A stretch of 64,000 nucleotides of DNA from Longimicrobiales bacterium (GTDB taxonomy: Bacteria > Gemmatimonadota > Gemmatimonadetes > Longimicrobiales > Gaopeijiaceae), in NCBI GenBank assembly GCA_965204735.1, contig OZ242008.1, forward strand, positions 864,001-928,000. The letters are read 5' to 3'. Below the pieces are notes generated by a model. That model had not been told where the DNA came from and did not search any database. It was given only the letters and a program-made list of their open reading frames with translations. Position 1 is the stretch's first letter; the number at the start of each line of letters is the position of its first letter. Made by a program: the position numbers and the translations under genes. Below are positions 19,235-29,295 of the stretch, piece by piece.

Positions 19235-20443
19235 ATGCCCATCCCCCCCGAACCGCCCCAGGCGCCGCTGACCTTCGCCCCCCGGCTGAAGGACTACGTC
19301 TGGGGCGGCCGCAACTTCGAGCGCCTCTTCGGCCGCGCCCTTCCGTCGGGCGTGATCGCCGAAAGCTGGGAGGTCTCCGCCCACCGCTCCTCGCCGACGC
19401 GCGTGGACGAAGGTCCCCTGGCGGGCGTCTCGCTGCCGGAGCTCTTCGCCTGCTGGGGAACCCGGCTGGCCGGCCGTCGGGCGGCCCAAGCGGTGGATCG
19501 CGGCGCCTTCCCGCTCCTCTTCAAGCTGCTGGACGCCAACCAGGCGCTCTCCGTTCAGGTCCATCCCGACGACGCCCGCGCCGCGGCCCGCCACCCCGGC
19601 GAGACCGGCAAGACCGAGATGTGGTACGTCCTCCACGCCGAGCCGGGCGCCCACGTCGTCCTCGGCTTCGTCCCCGGCGCCGACCCGGCGACCCTCCGAC
19701 GCGCAGCCGTCGAAGGCCGCATCGAGCCCTACCTGAACCGCGTGCCCGTCCGCCCCGGCGACGCCGTGCTCGTTCCCGCCGGCGCCGTCCACGCGGTCCT
19801 GCCCGGCATCGTGCTGGCGGAGATCCAGCAGAGCTCCGACGTGACCTACCGCTTGTACGACTGGGGACGGCCCGGCCCCGAGGCCGGCGGAAGAGAGCTC
19901 CACCTGGAGCAGGCGCTGGCCGCCGCCGGCTTTGGACACGCCGACGCGCCGGCCGCCGGCTCGCCGCAGTCGCCGCCGCCGGGCGTGCAGAAACCGGTCC
20001 TCGTGGAGGAAGCGGAGGGCGTGCGCCGCGAGACGCTGGCCGCCTGCGAGAACTTCGTCGTGGAGCGCGTAGTTCTCGACCCCGGCGCCGCCTACGAGGG
20101 CACGCTGGACGGCGAGACCTTCGAGGCGTGGGGCGTGGTGTCCGGCTCGGCGACGGTCGCCCCGACTGCCGACCGGCGCCGTCCCGCCGCCCCGCCCTGC
20201 CGGCTCGACGCCGTCCGCTTCGCCCTCCTCCCCGCCACGATGGGCGACTTCCGGGCCACCGCCGCGCCCACGTCCGCCGCCGCCCCCACGGTCGCCCTCC
20301 GCACCTACTTGCCGCCGCCCCTTGCGCAGGCGGCCGCTGAGTTGCCGACCGGCGAAGGCCCCACGGTCGCCCTCCGCACCTACTTGCCGCCGCCCCCCTG
20401 TCAGTGCCCCGCCAGGGACTCGAACCCCGAACCTGCCGATTAA
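19235..20443 (+). CDS. manA: Type I mannose-6-phosphate isomerase
   Basis: VWGG, ESWE, FPLLFKLLDA, LSVQVHPDD, GKTEMWY, EIQQSSDVTYRLYDW. The tail is extended and overlaps tRNA-Lys antisense. Confidence 0.88.
   Translation: MPIPPEPPQAPLTFAPRLKDYVWGGRNFERLFGRALPSGVIAESWEVSAHRSSPTRVDEGPLAGVSLPELFACWGTRLAGRRAAQAVDRGAFPLLFKLLDANQALSVQVHPDDARAAARHPGETGKTEMWYVLHAEPGAHVVLGFVPGADPATLRRAAVEGRIEPYLNRVPVRPGDAVLVPAGAVHAVLPGIVLAEIQQSSDVTYRLYDWGRPGPEAGGRELHLEQALAAAGFGHADAPAAGSPQSPPPGVQKPVLVEEAEGVRRETLAACENFVVERVVLDPGAAYEGTLDGETFEAWGVVSGSATVAPTADRRRPAAPPCRLDAVRFALLPATMGDFRATAAPTSAAAPTVALRTYLPPPLAQAAAELPTGEGPTVALRTYLPPPPCQCPARDSNPEPAD
20284..20396 (+). repeat. 38-bp direct repeat, two copies, 75-bp period
   Basis: CCCCACGGTCGCCCTCCGCACCTACTTGCCGCCGCCCC at 20284-20321 and 20359-20396. 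Confidence 0.9.
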
Positions 20444-20477
20444 GAGTCGGATGCTCTACCAGTTGAGCTAGCAGGGC
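20405..20477 (-). tRNA. tRNA-Lys(CTT), CCA not encoded
   Basis: GCCCTGCTAGCTCAACTGGTAGAGCATCCGACTCTTAATCGGCAGGTTCGGGGTTCGAGTCCCTGGCGGGGCA folds as a cloverleaf. Confidence 0.97.
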
Positions 20478-20589
20478 CGCACTGTTCCGAAAATGGAACG
20501 GGCAATATACACTATCCGCCGACCAAGGGAACCTCCGGCCGAGCATCCAGGGACCCGGGCCGGGAAACGCCTGTCACCCGGAGCCGCCG

Positions 20590-22005
20590 ATGTTCTTCAA
20601 GCAGGTCGTCGACGAGAAGCTCTCCCAGTACGCCTACGTCGTGGGCTGCCAGCGCACCGGCGAGGCGCTGGTGGTGGACCCGCAGCGCGACGTGGACCGC
20701 TGCGTGGAAGCCGCCGGCCGCGAGGGGCTGCGGATCGTCGCAGCCGCCGAGACCCACATCCACGCCGACTTCCTCTCCGGGTGCCGCGAGTTCGCCGAGC
20801 GCCTGGGTTGCCGGGCGTACCTCTCCGGCGAGGGCGGCGAGGGCTGGGAGTACGAATGGGCCGAGGGGAACGAACGGGCCGTCGTGCTCCGGGACGGGGA
20901 CCGCTTCTCCGTGGGCGGCGTGGAGGTGCAGGCCGTCCACACGCCGGGCCACACCCCGGAGCACATGAGCTTCCTGATCACCGACCGGGGCGGTGGCGCG
21001 TCCGAGCCCATGGGGATGCTCTCCGGCGACTTCGTCTTCGTGGGCGACCTGGGCCGCCCCGACCTGCTGGAGTCGGCAGTGGGGCGCTCCGGGGCCATGG
21101 AACCGTCGGCCCGGCGGCTCTACGCTTCGGCCAAGGGCGTCTTCGAGCTTCCCGAGTACCTGCGGATATGGCCCGGTCACGGCGCCGGAAGCGCTTGCGG
21201 CAAGGCCCTCGGGGCCGTCCCCGACACCACCGTCGGCTACGAGACCCGCCACAGCCCGGCGCTGGCCGCGGTCCGCAGCGGCGAGGACGCCTTCGTGGAG
21301 TACATCCTGGACGGCCAGCCCGAGCCCCCCGTCTACTTCGCCCGCATGAAGGCGCAGAACCGGCAAGGTCCTCCGCTCCTGGGCGACGTTCCCCGGCCCC
21401 GACGCCTCGCGGGCGGGGAGCTTGCGCGCCTCCACCGAGAGGGCGCGTCCCGTTCGCCCGACCGCCTCGTCGTCGTCGACACGCGCCCCGACCGCACGGC
21501 CTACTACGCGGCGCACGTCCCCGGCTCGATCTACGCGCCCCTCGACAAGTCGTTCCCCACGACGGCCGGCTGCTACGCGGACCCGGACGAGGAGATCGCT
21601 CTGCTCTGCCAGGAAGCGGAGGTGGACGACGCGGTGCGAAGCCTGGTCCGAATCGGCCTCGACAAGATCGCGGGATGGATTCGGCCGGAGGCGCTGGACG
21701 ACTACGCCGCCGCCGGAGGTCCCCTGATCTCGTCCGAGGAGCTCCGCATCTCCGAGGTCCGCCGCCGCCTCGGCAACCCTCGCTTCTGCGTCCTGGACGT
21801 GAGGACCGCTGCGGAGCACGCCGCCGGCCACATGAAGGGCGCAATCAACATCTCGCACACGCGCTTGGCCGAACGCACCGACGAGCTCCCCCGGGACAAG
21901 CGCCTCTTGGTCCACTGCCTCAGCGGCGGACGGGCGTCGGCGGCGGCGTCCTTCCTGGAGCGGGCGGGCTTCGCGGCCAGCCCCGTCAACGACTTCTTCC
22001 GATGA
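20590..22005 (+). CDS. MBL-fold hydrolase with rhodanese domains (persulfide dioxygenase/CstB-like)
   Basis: ETHIHADFLSG, TPGHTPEH, GDLGRPDL, PGHGAGSACG and C-terminal HCLSGGR. Confidence 0.9.
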   Translation: MFFKQVVDEKLSQYAYVVGCQRTGEALVVDPQRDVDRCVEAAGREGLRIVAAAETHIHADFLSGCREFAERLGCRAYLSGEGGEGWEYEWAEGNERAVVLRDGDRFSVGGVEVQAVHTPGHTPEHMSFLITDRGGGASEPMGMLSGDFVFVGDLGRPDLLESAVGRSGAMEPSARRLYASAKGVFELPEYLRIWPGHGAGSACGKALGAVPDTTVGYETRHSPALAAVRSGEDAFVEYILDGQPEPPVYFARMKAQNRQGPPLLGDVPRPRRLAGGELARLHREGASRSPDRLVVVDTRPDRTAYYAAHVPGSIYAPLDKSFPTTAGCYADPDEEIALLCQEAEVDDAVRSLVRIGLDKIAGWIRPEALDDYAAAGGPLISSEELRISEVRRRLGNPRFCVLDVRTAAEHAAGHMKGAINISHTRLAERTDELPRDKRLLVHCLSGGRASAAASFLERAGFAASPVNDFFR

Positions 22006-22910
22006 AGCGCCGGACGCCCCGGCGACCGCTAGCCGCTCGTTCTCTCGCGACGGCCTCCGGGGCGGCGCTGCCGGCCTGCCTCCTCGCAGCGTTGCCGGGG
22101 GTCGCCCAAGCCCAGACCGACCAGCCCTGGCGCTTCTCCGGCGACCTCAGCTTCGTCCAGACCGGCGGCAACGCCCAGTCGTCCACCTTGGGGCTGGCGG
22201 CCACCGTCTTCCGAAGCGGGGAGAGCGCCGAGCTCAAGGTCGAGGCGGGCGGCGTCAGGACCCGCACCACCCGCACCGAACGGACGGCCCGGGGCACGGC
22301 GGACGCCTACCGGGTCGAGGAGCGGTCGGAGAGCAGGGTGTCGGCCGAGAACTACTACCTGCGGTTGCGGCTGGACTTGACGCTGTCGCGACGGTCCACG
22401 GTCTTCGGCAAGTCCGACTGGACCAGAAACACCTTCGCCGGCGTGGCCGCCCGCTACCTGACCGCCGCCGGCATCTCGACCCGCTGGATCCAGAGGGAGG
22501 AGTGGCGGCTGCGCACCAGCTACGCCGCGACGTACACCTTCCAGCGGGACGTGGTCGCCAACCCGGCCACCGACGACAACTTCGTCGGGCTGCAGCTGTC
22601 GGCGGACCACTGGCAGCGCCTCGGCGACGACACGGAGTGGACCAGCACCCTGGTGATCGACGGCAACGGGCTGGACCTGCCCGACGTCCGCGGCGACTGG
22701 ACCAACGCCCTGAGCGTCGCCGTGACCGACAGCTTCGGGCTCAAGACCACTTATCGCCTGCTCTTCGACAACCGCCCGGCGCTGGCCAGCCTGCCGCTGG
22801 TGTCGCCCACCGAACCTGTGTCGCCCACTGAAGAGCCCGCCGGCGCCGTGTCCGTGGCTCGACGCAAGCTCGACCGCGTGCTTACCCTGGCGGTGGTGGT
22901 GACGCTGTAG
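22002..22910 (+). CDS. DUF481 family outer-membrane protein
   Basis: Signal peptide ending AQAQ, LSFVQTGGN, barrel pattern, FDNRP; ATGA overlap. Confidence 0.75.
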   Translation: MKRRTPRRPLAARSLATASGAALPACLLAALPGVAQAQTDQPWRFSGDLSFVQTGGNAQSSTLGLAATVFRSGESAELKVEAGGVRTRTTRTERTARGTADAYRVEERSESRVSAENYYLRLRLDLTLSRRSTVFGKSDWTRNTFAGVAARYLTAAGISTRWIQREEWRLRTSYAATYTFQRDVVANPATDDNFVGLQLSADHWQRLGDDTEWTSTLVIDGNGLDLPDVRGDWTNALSVAVTDSFGLKTTYRLLFDNRPALASLPLVSPTEPVSPTEEPAGAVSVARRKLDRVLTLAVVVTL

Positions 22911-22953
22911 GGCGCGCGCGCCGCCCCTGCGCCGTCGCGTACGCGCCCGGCGG

Positions 22954-23646
22954 TCAGTTCCCCTCCCGGGAGCTGGTCCGCGCTCCCTGCACCGGGCTCG
23001 GTTCTCGACCAGCCCGCAGGCCGAAATCCTCTCCTTCCACGTAGGGCTCGCCGAAGCGCAGCAAAGTGGTGAGGGGGTTGTGTCCCGGCTGGATCGTGAC
23101 GACGTAGAGCCGGTCGTACTCCATCTCGTGAATCGGACCCGACGGATCGCCTCCCAAGGCCGCCGTCAGCTCGGGCGTCGTGTTGCTGTGGCCGACCACC
23201 AAGTGTCGCCCGGGCGAGGCCCTGATCGCGGCAGCCACCGCCGCCAACTCCCCGGCGTCGTAGATCTGCGGCTCGAGCCCGGCGGCCTCGGCGATCGGCT
23301 GCGCTGTTCCCCGCGTGCGCTTCCAGTCCGTCGTGTGGACGTGGGTCAGGACGACGTCGGCCAAGAGCGCCTGCAGGATCCGCACCCGAATCTGGCCGGC
23401 CACGGCCAGCGGAGGGTCGTTGGTTCCGTCGTCCGCCTTTTCGGCGTGGCGAACCAAGTAGACGACGACCGGTCCTTGCGGGCTCGGGCTCGGGAGGATC
23501 GCCTGGGTCGTCGCGCCCGCGGTCGGCGACGGCGCGAGGGCAGGGACGAAGACGCCTGCGACGAGGAGGAGGAAGAAGCGAAGGGGAGCGCAGCCGGCAA
23601 CCGCGGAGGCGAACGGGAAGGTGGGGGCGAGGAGGGGCGGCGTCAT
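22954..23646 (-). CDS. Exported histidine phosphatase (SixA/PGM-like)
   Basis: YLVRHAEK, RTRGTA and VVGHSNT motifs; hydrophobic N-terminus. Confidence 0.85.
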   Translation of the reverse strand: MTPPLLAPTFPFASAVAGCAPLRFFLLLVAGVFVPALAPSPTAGATTQAILPSPSPQGPVVVYLVRHAEKADDGTNDPPLAVAGQIRVRILQALLADVVLTHVHTTDWKRTRGTAQPIAEAAGLEPQIYDAGELAAVAAAIRASPGRHLVVGHSNTTPELTAALGGDPSGPIHEMEYDRLYVVTIQPGHNPLTTLLRFGEPYVEGEDFGLRAGREPSPVQGARTSSREGN

Positions 23647-23833
23647 CCGGGGCAGCTTTTTCTGGGCTTGGCAACGGGACCACTTGCGGCGAACGGGGCT
23701 TACACTATGACACATATGTTTCCAAACGGCAAGCAAAATCTTCGGGAGGGCCTGTTGGAGGCAAGCGAAGCCGGGAGCCGTCCGCGTTCCGCCCACTGGT
23801 CGGGCGCCCCCTTCCGTGCGACCTTGGAAAGCG

Positions 23834-24245
<412 letters not shown>

Positions 24246-24392
24246 TCGCCGACCGTCGCCGGCCGGAGTCCGCCCCCTTGACCCGGAGCCGGCGATTTAG
24301 GATCATTGTTGCCCGGCCCGCCGCTTGCGGGTCTGGATTTCTCGCAGGTCGCGACGCTTCCGCCGGGTCGCGGCTCGCGGGTTTCCACCTCG

Positions 24393-24466
<74 letters not shown>

Positions 24467-24500
24467 CTGGGCCGCGCGTCCCATCTCCAGACCGCTTGCG

Positions 24501-25265
24501 CTACGTCGCTTCCTCGGCGCGGGCGTCTCCAGGGTGGCTCCGCGCGCGTCGCAGACGCACGGGCGAGGCCGCCCGCGCCCGCAGGTTCAGCATCTCCACG
24601 AAGATCGAGAACCCCATGGCGAAGTAGATGTAGCCCTTGGGGACGTGCTGGCCGAAGCCCTCCGCGACCAGGATCATCCCCAGGAGCAGCAGGAACGACA
24701 GAGCCAGCATCTTCACGGTCGGATGGTCGTTCACGAAGCGCGAGACCGTCGTGGCGGAAGCCATCATCACCACCACGGCCAGCACTATGGCGATCACCAT
24801 CACCATGAAGTCGTCCGCCAAGCCGACCGCGGTGATCACCGAGTCCAGCGAGAACACCATGTCCATGACGGCGATCTGGAGGAGGACCGCGCCGTAGCCC
24901 GCTCGCTTGGTCGAGTCGCCGTGCCCTTCGTCCCCCTCCAGCCGGTGGTGGATCTCCCGGGTCGACTTCGTCAGGAGGAAGAGGCCGCCGCCCACCAGGA
25001 TCAGGTCCCGCCCGGAGAAGCCGCGACCGAAGAGCTCGAACCACGGCTCGCTCAGCCGCATGATCATGGAGATCGTTCCCAGGAGCGCGATCCGGGTCGC
25101 CATGGCCAGCAGCAGCCCCACCCGGCGGGCGCTCGCTTGCTGGCTTCGGGGAAGCTTGTCGGCGAGGATCGAGATGAAGACGATGTTGTCGATTCCCAGG
25201 ACGATCTCAAGGACCGCCAGGGTTGCCAATGCGATCCAAGCTTCGGGGCTTGCGATCCATTCCAT
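24501..25265 (-). CDS. TerC family membrane protein
   Basis: LEIVLGIDN, DMVFSLDSVITAVG and KGYIYFAMGFS motifs. Confidence 0.93.
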   Translation of the reverse strand: MEWIASPEAWIALATLAVLEIVLGIDNIVFISILADKLPRSQQASARRVGLLLAMATRIALLGTISMIMRLSEPWFELFGRGFSGRDLILVGGGLFLLTKSTREIHHRLEGDEGHGDSTKRAGYGAVLLQIAVMDMVFSLDSVITAVGLADDFMVMVIAIVLAVVVMMASATTVSRFVNDHPTVKMLALSFLLLLGMILVAEGFGQHVPKGYIYFAMGFSIFVEMLNLRARAASPVRLRRARSHPGDARAEEAT

Positions 25266-25414
25266 CTTGGGAGCGGTCCTTGTGGCAGGAGGAGCGGGGG
25301 GTTGAACTGGGCGACGGCGGCTGAACGCCGAAGCCCGGTTGCACTCCGCCGAAAGGGAGTCGGTGGGAAGGTAGTCCATCGCTGCGACCGCAACAGAACA
25401 AGGAGCAGGGAACC

Positions 25415-25834
25415 ATGGCCGGCTACTCGGGTACGCCTTTGGCAAGGAAGCTGGGAGTTCGGAGCGGCAGCAGAGTTGGATGGGACGGCGCGCCGGCCGG
25501 GTTTCGGGCGTCGCTGGACCTGCCGCCGTCGGTGGTCGTCGATCTCGGGTTCGACAAGGAGCGAAGATGGGACGTGATCGTCGCCTTCGTTGCGGAGTCC
25601 GGCACGCTGGCGCTGGCGCTGGAGCGCTTCCCGCCGCTGATCCGGTGGGACGGCGGGCTGTGGCTGGCTTGGCCCAAGCGGAGCAGCGCCCTCGCCGGGG
25701 AGCTTCGGGACTCCCACGTCCGCCGAGCCGGGCTGGACGCGGGGCTCGTGGACAACAAGGTGTGCGCCGTGGACGAGGACTGGTCCGCGCTGCGGTTCGT
25801 GTACCGGAGGGCGGATCGGCCCAAGCAGCCTTGA
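25415..25834 (+). CDS. DUF3052-like protein
   Basis: MAGYSGTPLARKLG, WLAWPK and GLVDNKVCAVDEDWSAL. Confidence 0.8.
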   Translation: MAGYSGTPLARKLGVRSGSRVGWDGAPAGFRASLDLPPSVVVDLGFDKERRWDVIVAFVAESGTLALALERFPPLIRWDGGLWLAWPKRSSALAGELRDSHVRRAGLDAGLVDNKVCAVDEDWSALRFVYRRADRPKQP

Positions 25835-26044
25835 CGGTCGCCCGGAGCGGGGCGGTGGGATGGCCGCGGGGGGTGACGGCCCCCGGCTCCGGGGGATGGC
25901 GGACCCGGTCCCGGACGCCGACATTTGCAGCATCGAGAGGAGGATGCCGTGGGAGCGCTTGAGAGAAGCGGGACGCCCCGAAGGCGGGCCCGGACTCGGC
26001 CGGCCAGCGGCCCGGGGCCGACGACCGGGACCTTGCAGCCCCCG

Positions 26045-26584
26045 GTGGTGCGTCCGGCGGCCGTGGTCTTGGCGGCGCTCGGGCTTCTGGCGGCGGCGCG
26101 GGCGCCGTCGGCCGCCCAGCAGGGAGACGCGCGGGACGAGTACCTGCGGGCCGCGGCCGAGCACTTCCGGTTCTCGCCTCGGGAAGTCTCCGTGCTGACC
26201 CGATGGGGACTCTCGGCCGACGAGATCCCGGTCGTGCTCTTCGTCGCCCGGCAAGCGGGCGTGTCGCCGGACGTGGTGGTGGCGCGGCGCCGGCAAGGCG
26301 GAAGCTGGATGGAGATCGCGACGGGCTACGCGATTCACGCGGGGAACTTCCACGTGCCCGTGCAGGGCGCGCCGGGCTTCCTCGCCGACGCCTACGAGCG
26401 CTTCGACGCGGTGGACGCGTCCCAGTGGAGCACCGTGCGCCTCTCCGACGACGAGGTCGTGGGGCTGGTGAACGTTCGCTTTCTCGCCCGCCACTTGAGC
26501 ATCTCCGCCGGGAGGGTGCTGGGCGAGCTGGCCCAAGGCGACGTCGTGGAAGGCTACCGGCGCCTCCGGGGCGGCGGCCGTTGA
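26045..26584 (+). CDS. Hypothetical secreted helical protein
   Basis: Signal peptide ending AAQQ, then [11 protein letters not shown]; start estimated. Confidence 0.6.
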   Translation: MVRPAAVVLAALGLLAAARAPSAAQQGDARDEYLRAAAEHFRFSPREVSVLTRWGLSADEIPVVLFVARQAGVSPDVVVARRRQGGSWMEIATGYAIHAGNFHVPVQGAPGFLADAYERFDAVDASQWSTVRLSDDEVVGLVNVRFLARHLSISAGRVLGELAQGDVVEGYRRLRGGGR

Positions 26585-27285
26585 CGAAGAGCCGGCCGGC
26601 CGACAAGCCGGAAGGCGAGACGCGGCCGCGCTTCGTTCCCCTGTCGTCGTTCGCCGAGTACCCGGCGGAAGAAATGGAGAGGCGGGCGGTCCGCTTCCGA
26701 TCCCAGGCCGCTCGACGCCGGACGGTGAGGGAATACAGCGAGAGGCCGGTGCCCCGCAGCGTGGTGGAGGAGTGCATCCGGGCGGCGGGAACCGCGCCCA
26801 GCGGGGCGAACCATCAGCCCTGGCACTTCGTGGTCGTCACCGACCCTCGGACCAAGTCCCGCATCCGAGCGGCCGCCGAGGAAGAGGAACGCGCCTTCTA
26901 CAACGGCGGCGCGCCCCAGGAGTGGCTGGACGCGCTGGCGGCCCTGGGCACCGACGAGCACAAGCCCTTCCTGGAGGAAGCGCCCTGCCTGATCGCCGTC
27001 TTCGCCCAACGCTGGGAGCTGCGCCCGGACGGCGCCAAGGTCAAGAACTACTACGTTCAGGAGAGCGTCGGCATCGCCACTGGCATCCTCGTGACCGCCC
27101 TTCACCACGCGGGCTTGGCGACCCTGACCCACACGCCGTCGCCCATGAGCTTCCTCAACCGCATACTTGACCGGCCGGCGAACGAGCGGCCTTTTTTGCT
27201 GTTGGTCGTGGGCTACCCCGCCGAGGACGCCCAAGTGCCGGAGATTCGCAAGAAGCCGTTGGAGGCGATCGCCAGCTTTGTGTGA
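26581..27285 (+). CDS. Nitroreductase family, iodotyrosine deiodinase-like
   Basis: [42 protein letters not shown] and YVQESVGIA. Confidence 0.85.
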   Translation: MTKSRPADKPEGETRPRFVPLSSFAEYPAEEMERRAVRFRSQAARRRTVREYSERPVPRSVVEECIRAAGTAPSGANHQPWHFVVVTDPRTKSRIRAAAEEEERAFYNGGAPQEWLDALAALGTDEHKPFLEEAPCLIAVFAQRWELRPDGAKVKNYYVQESVGIATGILVTALHHAGLATLTHTPSPMSFLNRILDRPANERPFLLLVVGYPAEDAQVPEIRKKPLEAIASFV

Positions 27286-27378
27286 CGGCGCGCGTCGGCG
27301 CGCGACCGCCGAGTCCTCCGCGCCAGGCTGCCTCCTCCACGCCCGACGCGCCTTCCACACCTGAACGGAGCAAGGATC

Positions 27379-29292
27379 ATGGGCGTCGACTTGGTGCCCG
27401 AGCGGTCGCCGGAAGCGGTCCGCATCTTCACTCGCGCCCTCCTGCGGGACCTGCAGGCGCTCCAGCGCATCCTGGCCGACGGACTGATCGAGTCCGGCGT
27501 GCGGCGCTTCGGGGCCGAGCAGGAGATGTTCCTGGTGAACCAGGCCTGGCGCCCGGCCCCCGTCGCCGTGGAGGTCCTGGACGACCTGGACGACGAGCCC
27601 TTCACCACCGAGCTGGCCCGCTTCAACCTGGAGGCCAACTTGTCGCCCAGGGTGCTGGAGGGCACGTGCTTCTCCGCCATGCACGCGGAGCTGGACGCCC
27701 TCGTGGAGCGGGTGCGCGACGCGGCCAGGCGGCAGAAGGCCGAAGTCGTGCTCACCGGAATACTGCCCACGCTGGGCAAGTCGGACCTGTCGATCGAGAA
27801 CATCACCCCCCGGGCCCGCTACTACGCCCTCAACGAGACGATGCTGGCGGCGGGCGGCGGCGCCTTCCGGCTCCGCATCCGGGGCACCGACGAGCTCATG
27901 ATCGAGCACGACTCGGTGATGCTCGAATCCTGCAACACCAGCTGCCAGGTCCACTTGCAGGTGACGGCGGACGAGTTCGCCCACTTCTACAACGTGGCCC
28001 AGGCGGTGACCGGTCCGGTGCTGGCGGCGTCGGCGAACTCGCCGCTCCTCTTCGGGCGCCGGCTCTGGGCGGAGACGCGGATCGCGCTCTTCCAGCAGTC
28101 GCTGGACACCCGAGGCGCCGACCTCCACATGCGGGAGATGAGCCCTCGGGTCCGCTTCGGCGGCAGCTGGCTCAAGTCCGCGGTCACCGAGCTCTACCAG
28201 GACGACATCGCCACCTTTCGCGTGCTCCTCGCCCGGAAAGTGGACGAGGACCCGCTGGCGGTGCTGGACCAGGGCGGGGTCCCGGAGCTTCAGGCGCTCC
28301 AGCTGTACAACAGCACCGTCTACCGCTGGAACCGGCCCTGCTACGGCGTCGGCGGCGGCAAGCCCCATCTGCGGATCGAGTGCCGCGCCCTTCCGGCGGG
28401 ACCGACGACGCTGGACGAGATGGCCAACGCGGTGCTGTGGATCGGCGCGGTGCTGGGAATCGCCAAGTCCACCCCCGACTTCACCGAACGGATGGAGTTC
28501 GACGACGCCAAGGCCAACTTCCTGGCCGCGTCCCGCCTGGGACTGAACGCGGGGATGTCGTGGCTGGACGGCGAGAGCGCCCCGGCGAGCCGGATCATCC
28601 TGGAGCGGCTCCTGCCGGCGGCGGAAGAGGGGCTGGCGGCGTATCCGGTGGAGCCCGAAGAGGTGGAGAAGTACTTGGGCGTGGTCCGGCGGCGGGTCGA
28701 GGCGGGGGTCACGGGCGCCAGCTGGGCTCTGCGCTCGATGAGCAAGCTGAAGGGGGCGGGCACGAAGGGCGAGCAGCTGGCTGCGCTGACCGCGGCGACG
28801 GTCCGCCAGCAGGCCGAGGGGACGCCGGTGTCCGAGTGGGGGCCGGCGGAGCTCCACGAGGCCGGCGGGTGGAAGTACAACTACCTCCGCGTCGAGCAGT
28901 ACATGACCACGTCGCTGACGACGGTGAACCAGGACGAGCTGGTGGAGCTGGTGGCGTACCTGATGGACCTGCGCCAAGTCCGCCACGTCCTCATCGAGGA
29001 CAGGGACCACCGGCTCGTGGGGATCGTCTCCTACCGGTCCGTGCTGCGGCTGATGGCCGAGGGGCGCACCCAGGCCGAAGCCGACAGCACCCCGGTGAGC
29101 GCCGTGATGGAGCGGGACCCGGTGACGGTGGTGCCCGAGACGCCCACCCTGGAGGCGATCCGCAAGATGCGGAAGCACAAGGTGTCGGCGCTTCCCGTGG
29201 TGCGGGCCGGCCAGCTGGTGGGGTTGGTGAGCGAGACCGACTTCATGCCGATGGCCTACCAGCTGCTGGAAGACCGCCTCCAGGAAGAGTAG
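27379..29292 (+). CDS. Glutamate-cysteine ligase (GCS2) family protein with C-terminal CBS pair
   Basis: GAEQE, ELARFNLE, SCQVHLQV, ANSP, WNRPCY, HLRIECR, then tandem CBS domains. Confidence 0.88.
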   Translation: MGVDLVPERSPEAVRIFTRALLRDLQALQRILADGLIESGVRRFGAEQEMFLVNQAWRPAPVAVEVLDDLDDEPFTTELARFNLEANLSPRVLEGTCFSAMHAELDALVERVRDAARRQKAEVVLTGILPTLGKSDLSIENITPRARYYALNETMLAAGGGAFRLRIRGTDELMIEHDSVMLESCNTSCQVHLQVTADEFAHFYNVAQAVTGPVLAASANSPLLFGRRLWAETRIALFQQSLDTRGADLHMREMSPRVRFGGSWLKSAVTELYQDDIATFRVLLARKVDEDPLAVLDQGGVPELQALQLYNSTVYRWNRPCYGVGGGKPHLRIECRALPAGPTTLDEMANAVLWIGAVLGIAKSTPDFTERMEFDDAKANFLAASRLGLNAGMSWLDGESAPASRIILERLLPAAEEGLAAYPVEPEEVEKYLGVVRRRVEAGVTGASWALRSMSKLKGAGTKGEQLAALTAATVRQQAEGTPVSEWGPAELHEAGGWKYNYLRVEQYMTTSLTTVNQDELVELVAYLMDLRQVRHVLIEDRDHRLVGIVSYRSVLRLMAEGRTQAEADSTPVSAVMERDPVTVVPETPTLEAIRKMRKHKVSALPVVRAGQLVGLVSETDFMPMAYQLLEDRLQEE

Positions 29293-29295
29293 GCG

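Noticed and set aside
25266..25414. yybP-ykoY riboswitch upstream of TerC
   Set aside because: Expected from context, but the conserved core motifs were not found by eye; an Infernal/Rfam scan is needed.
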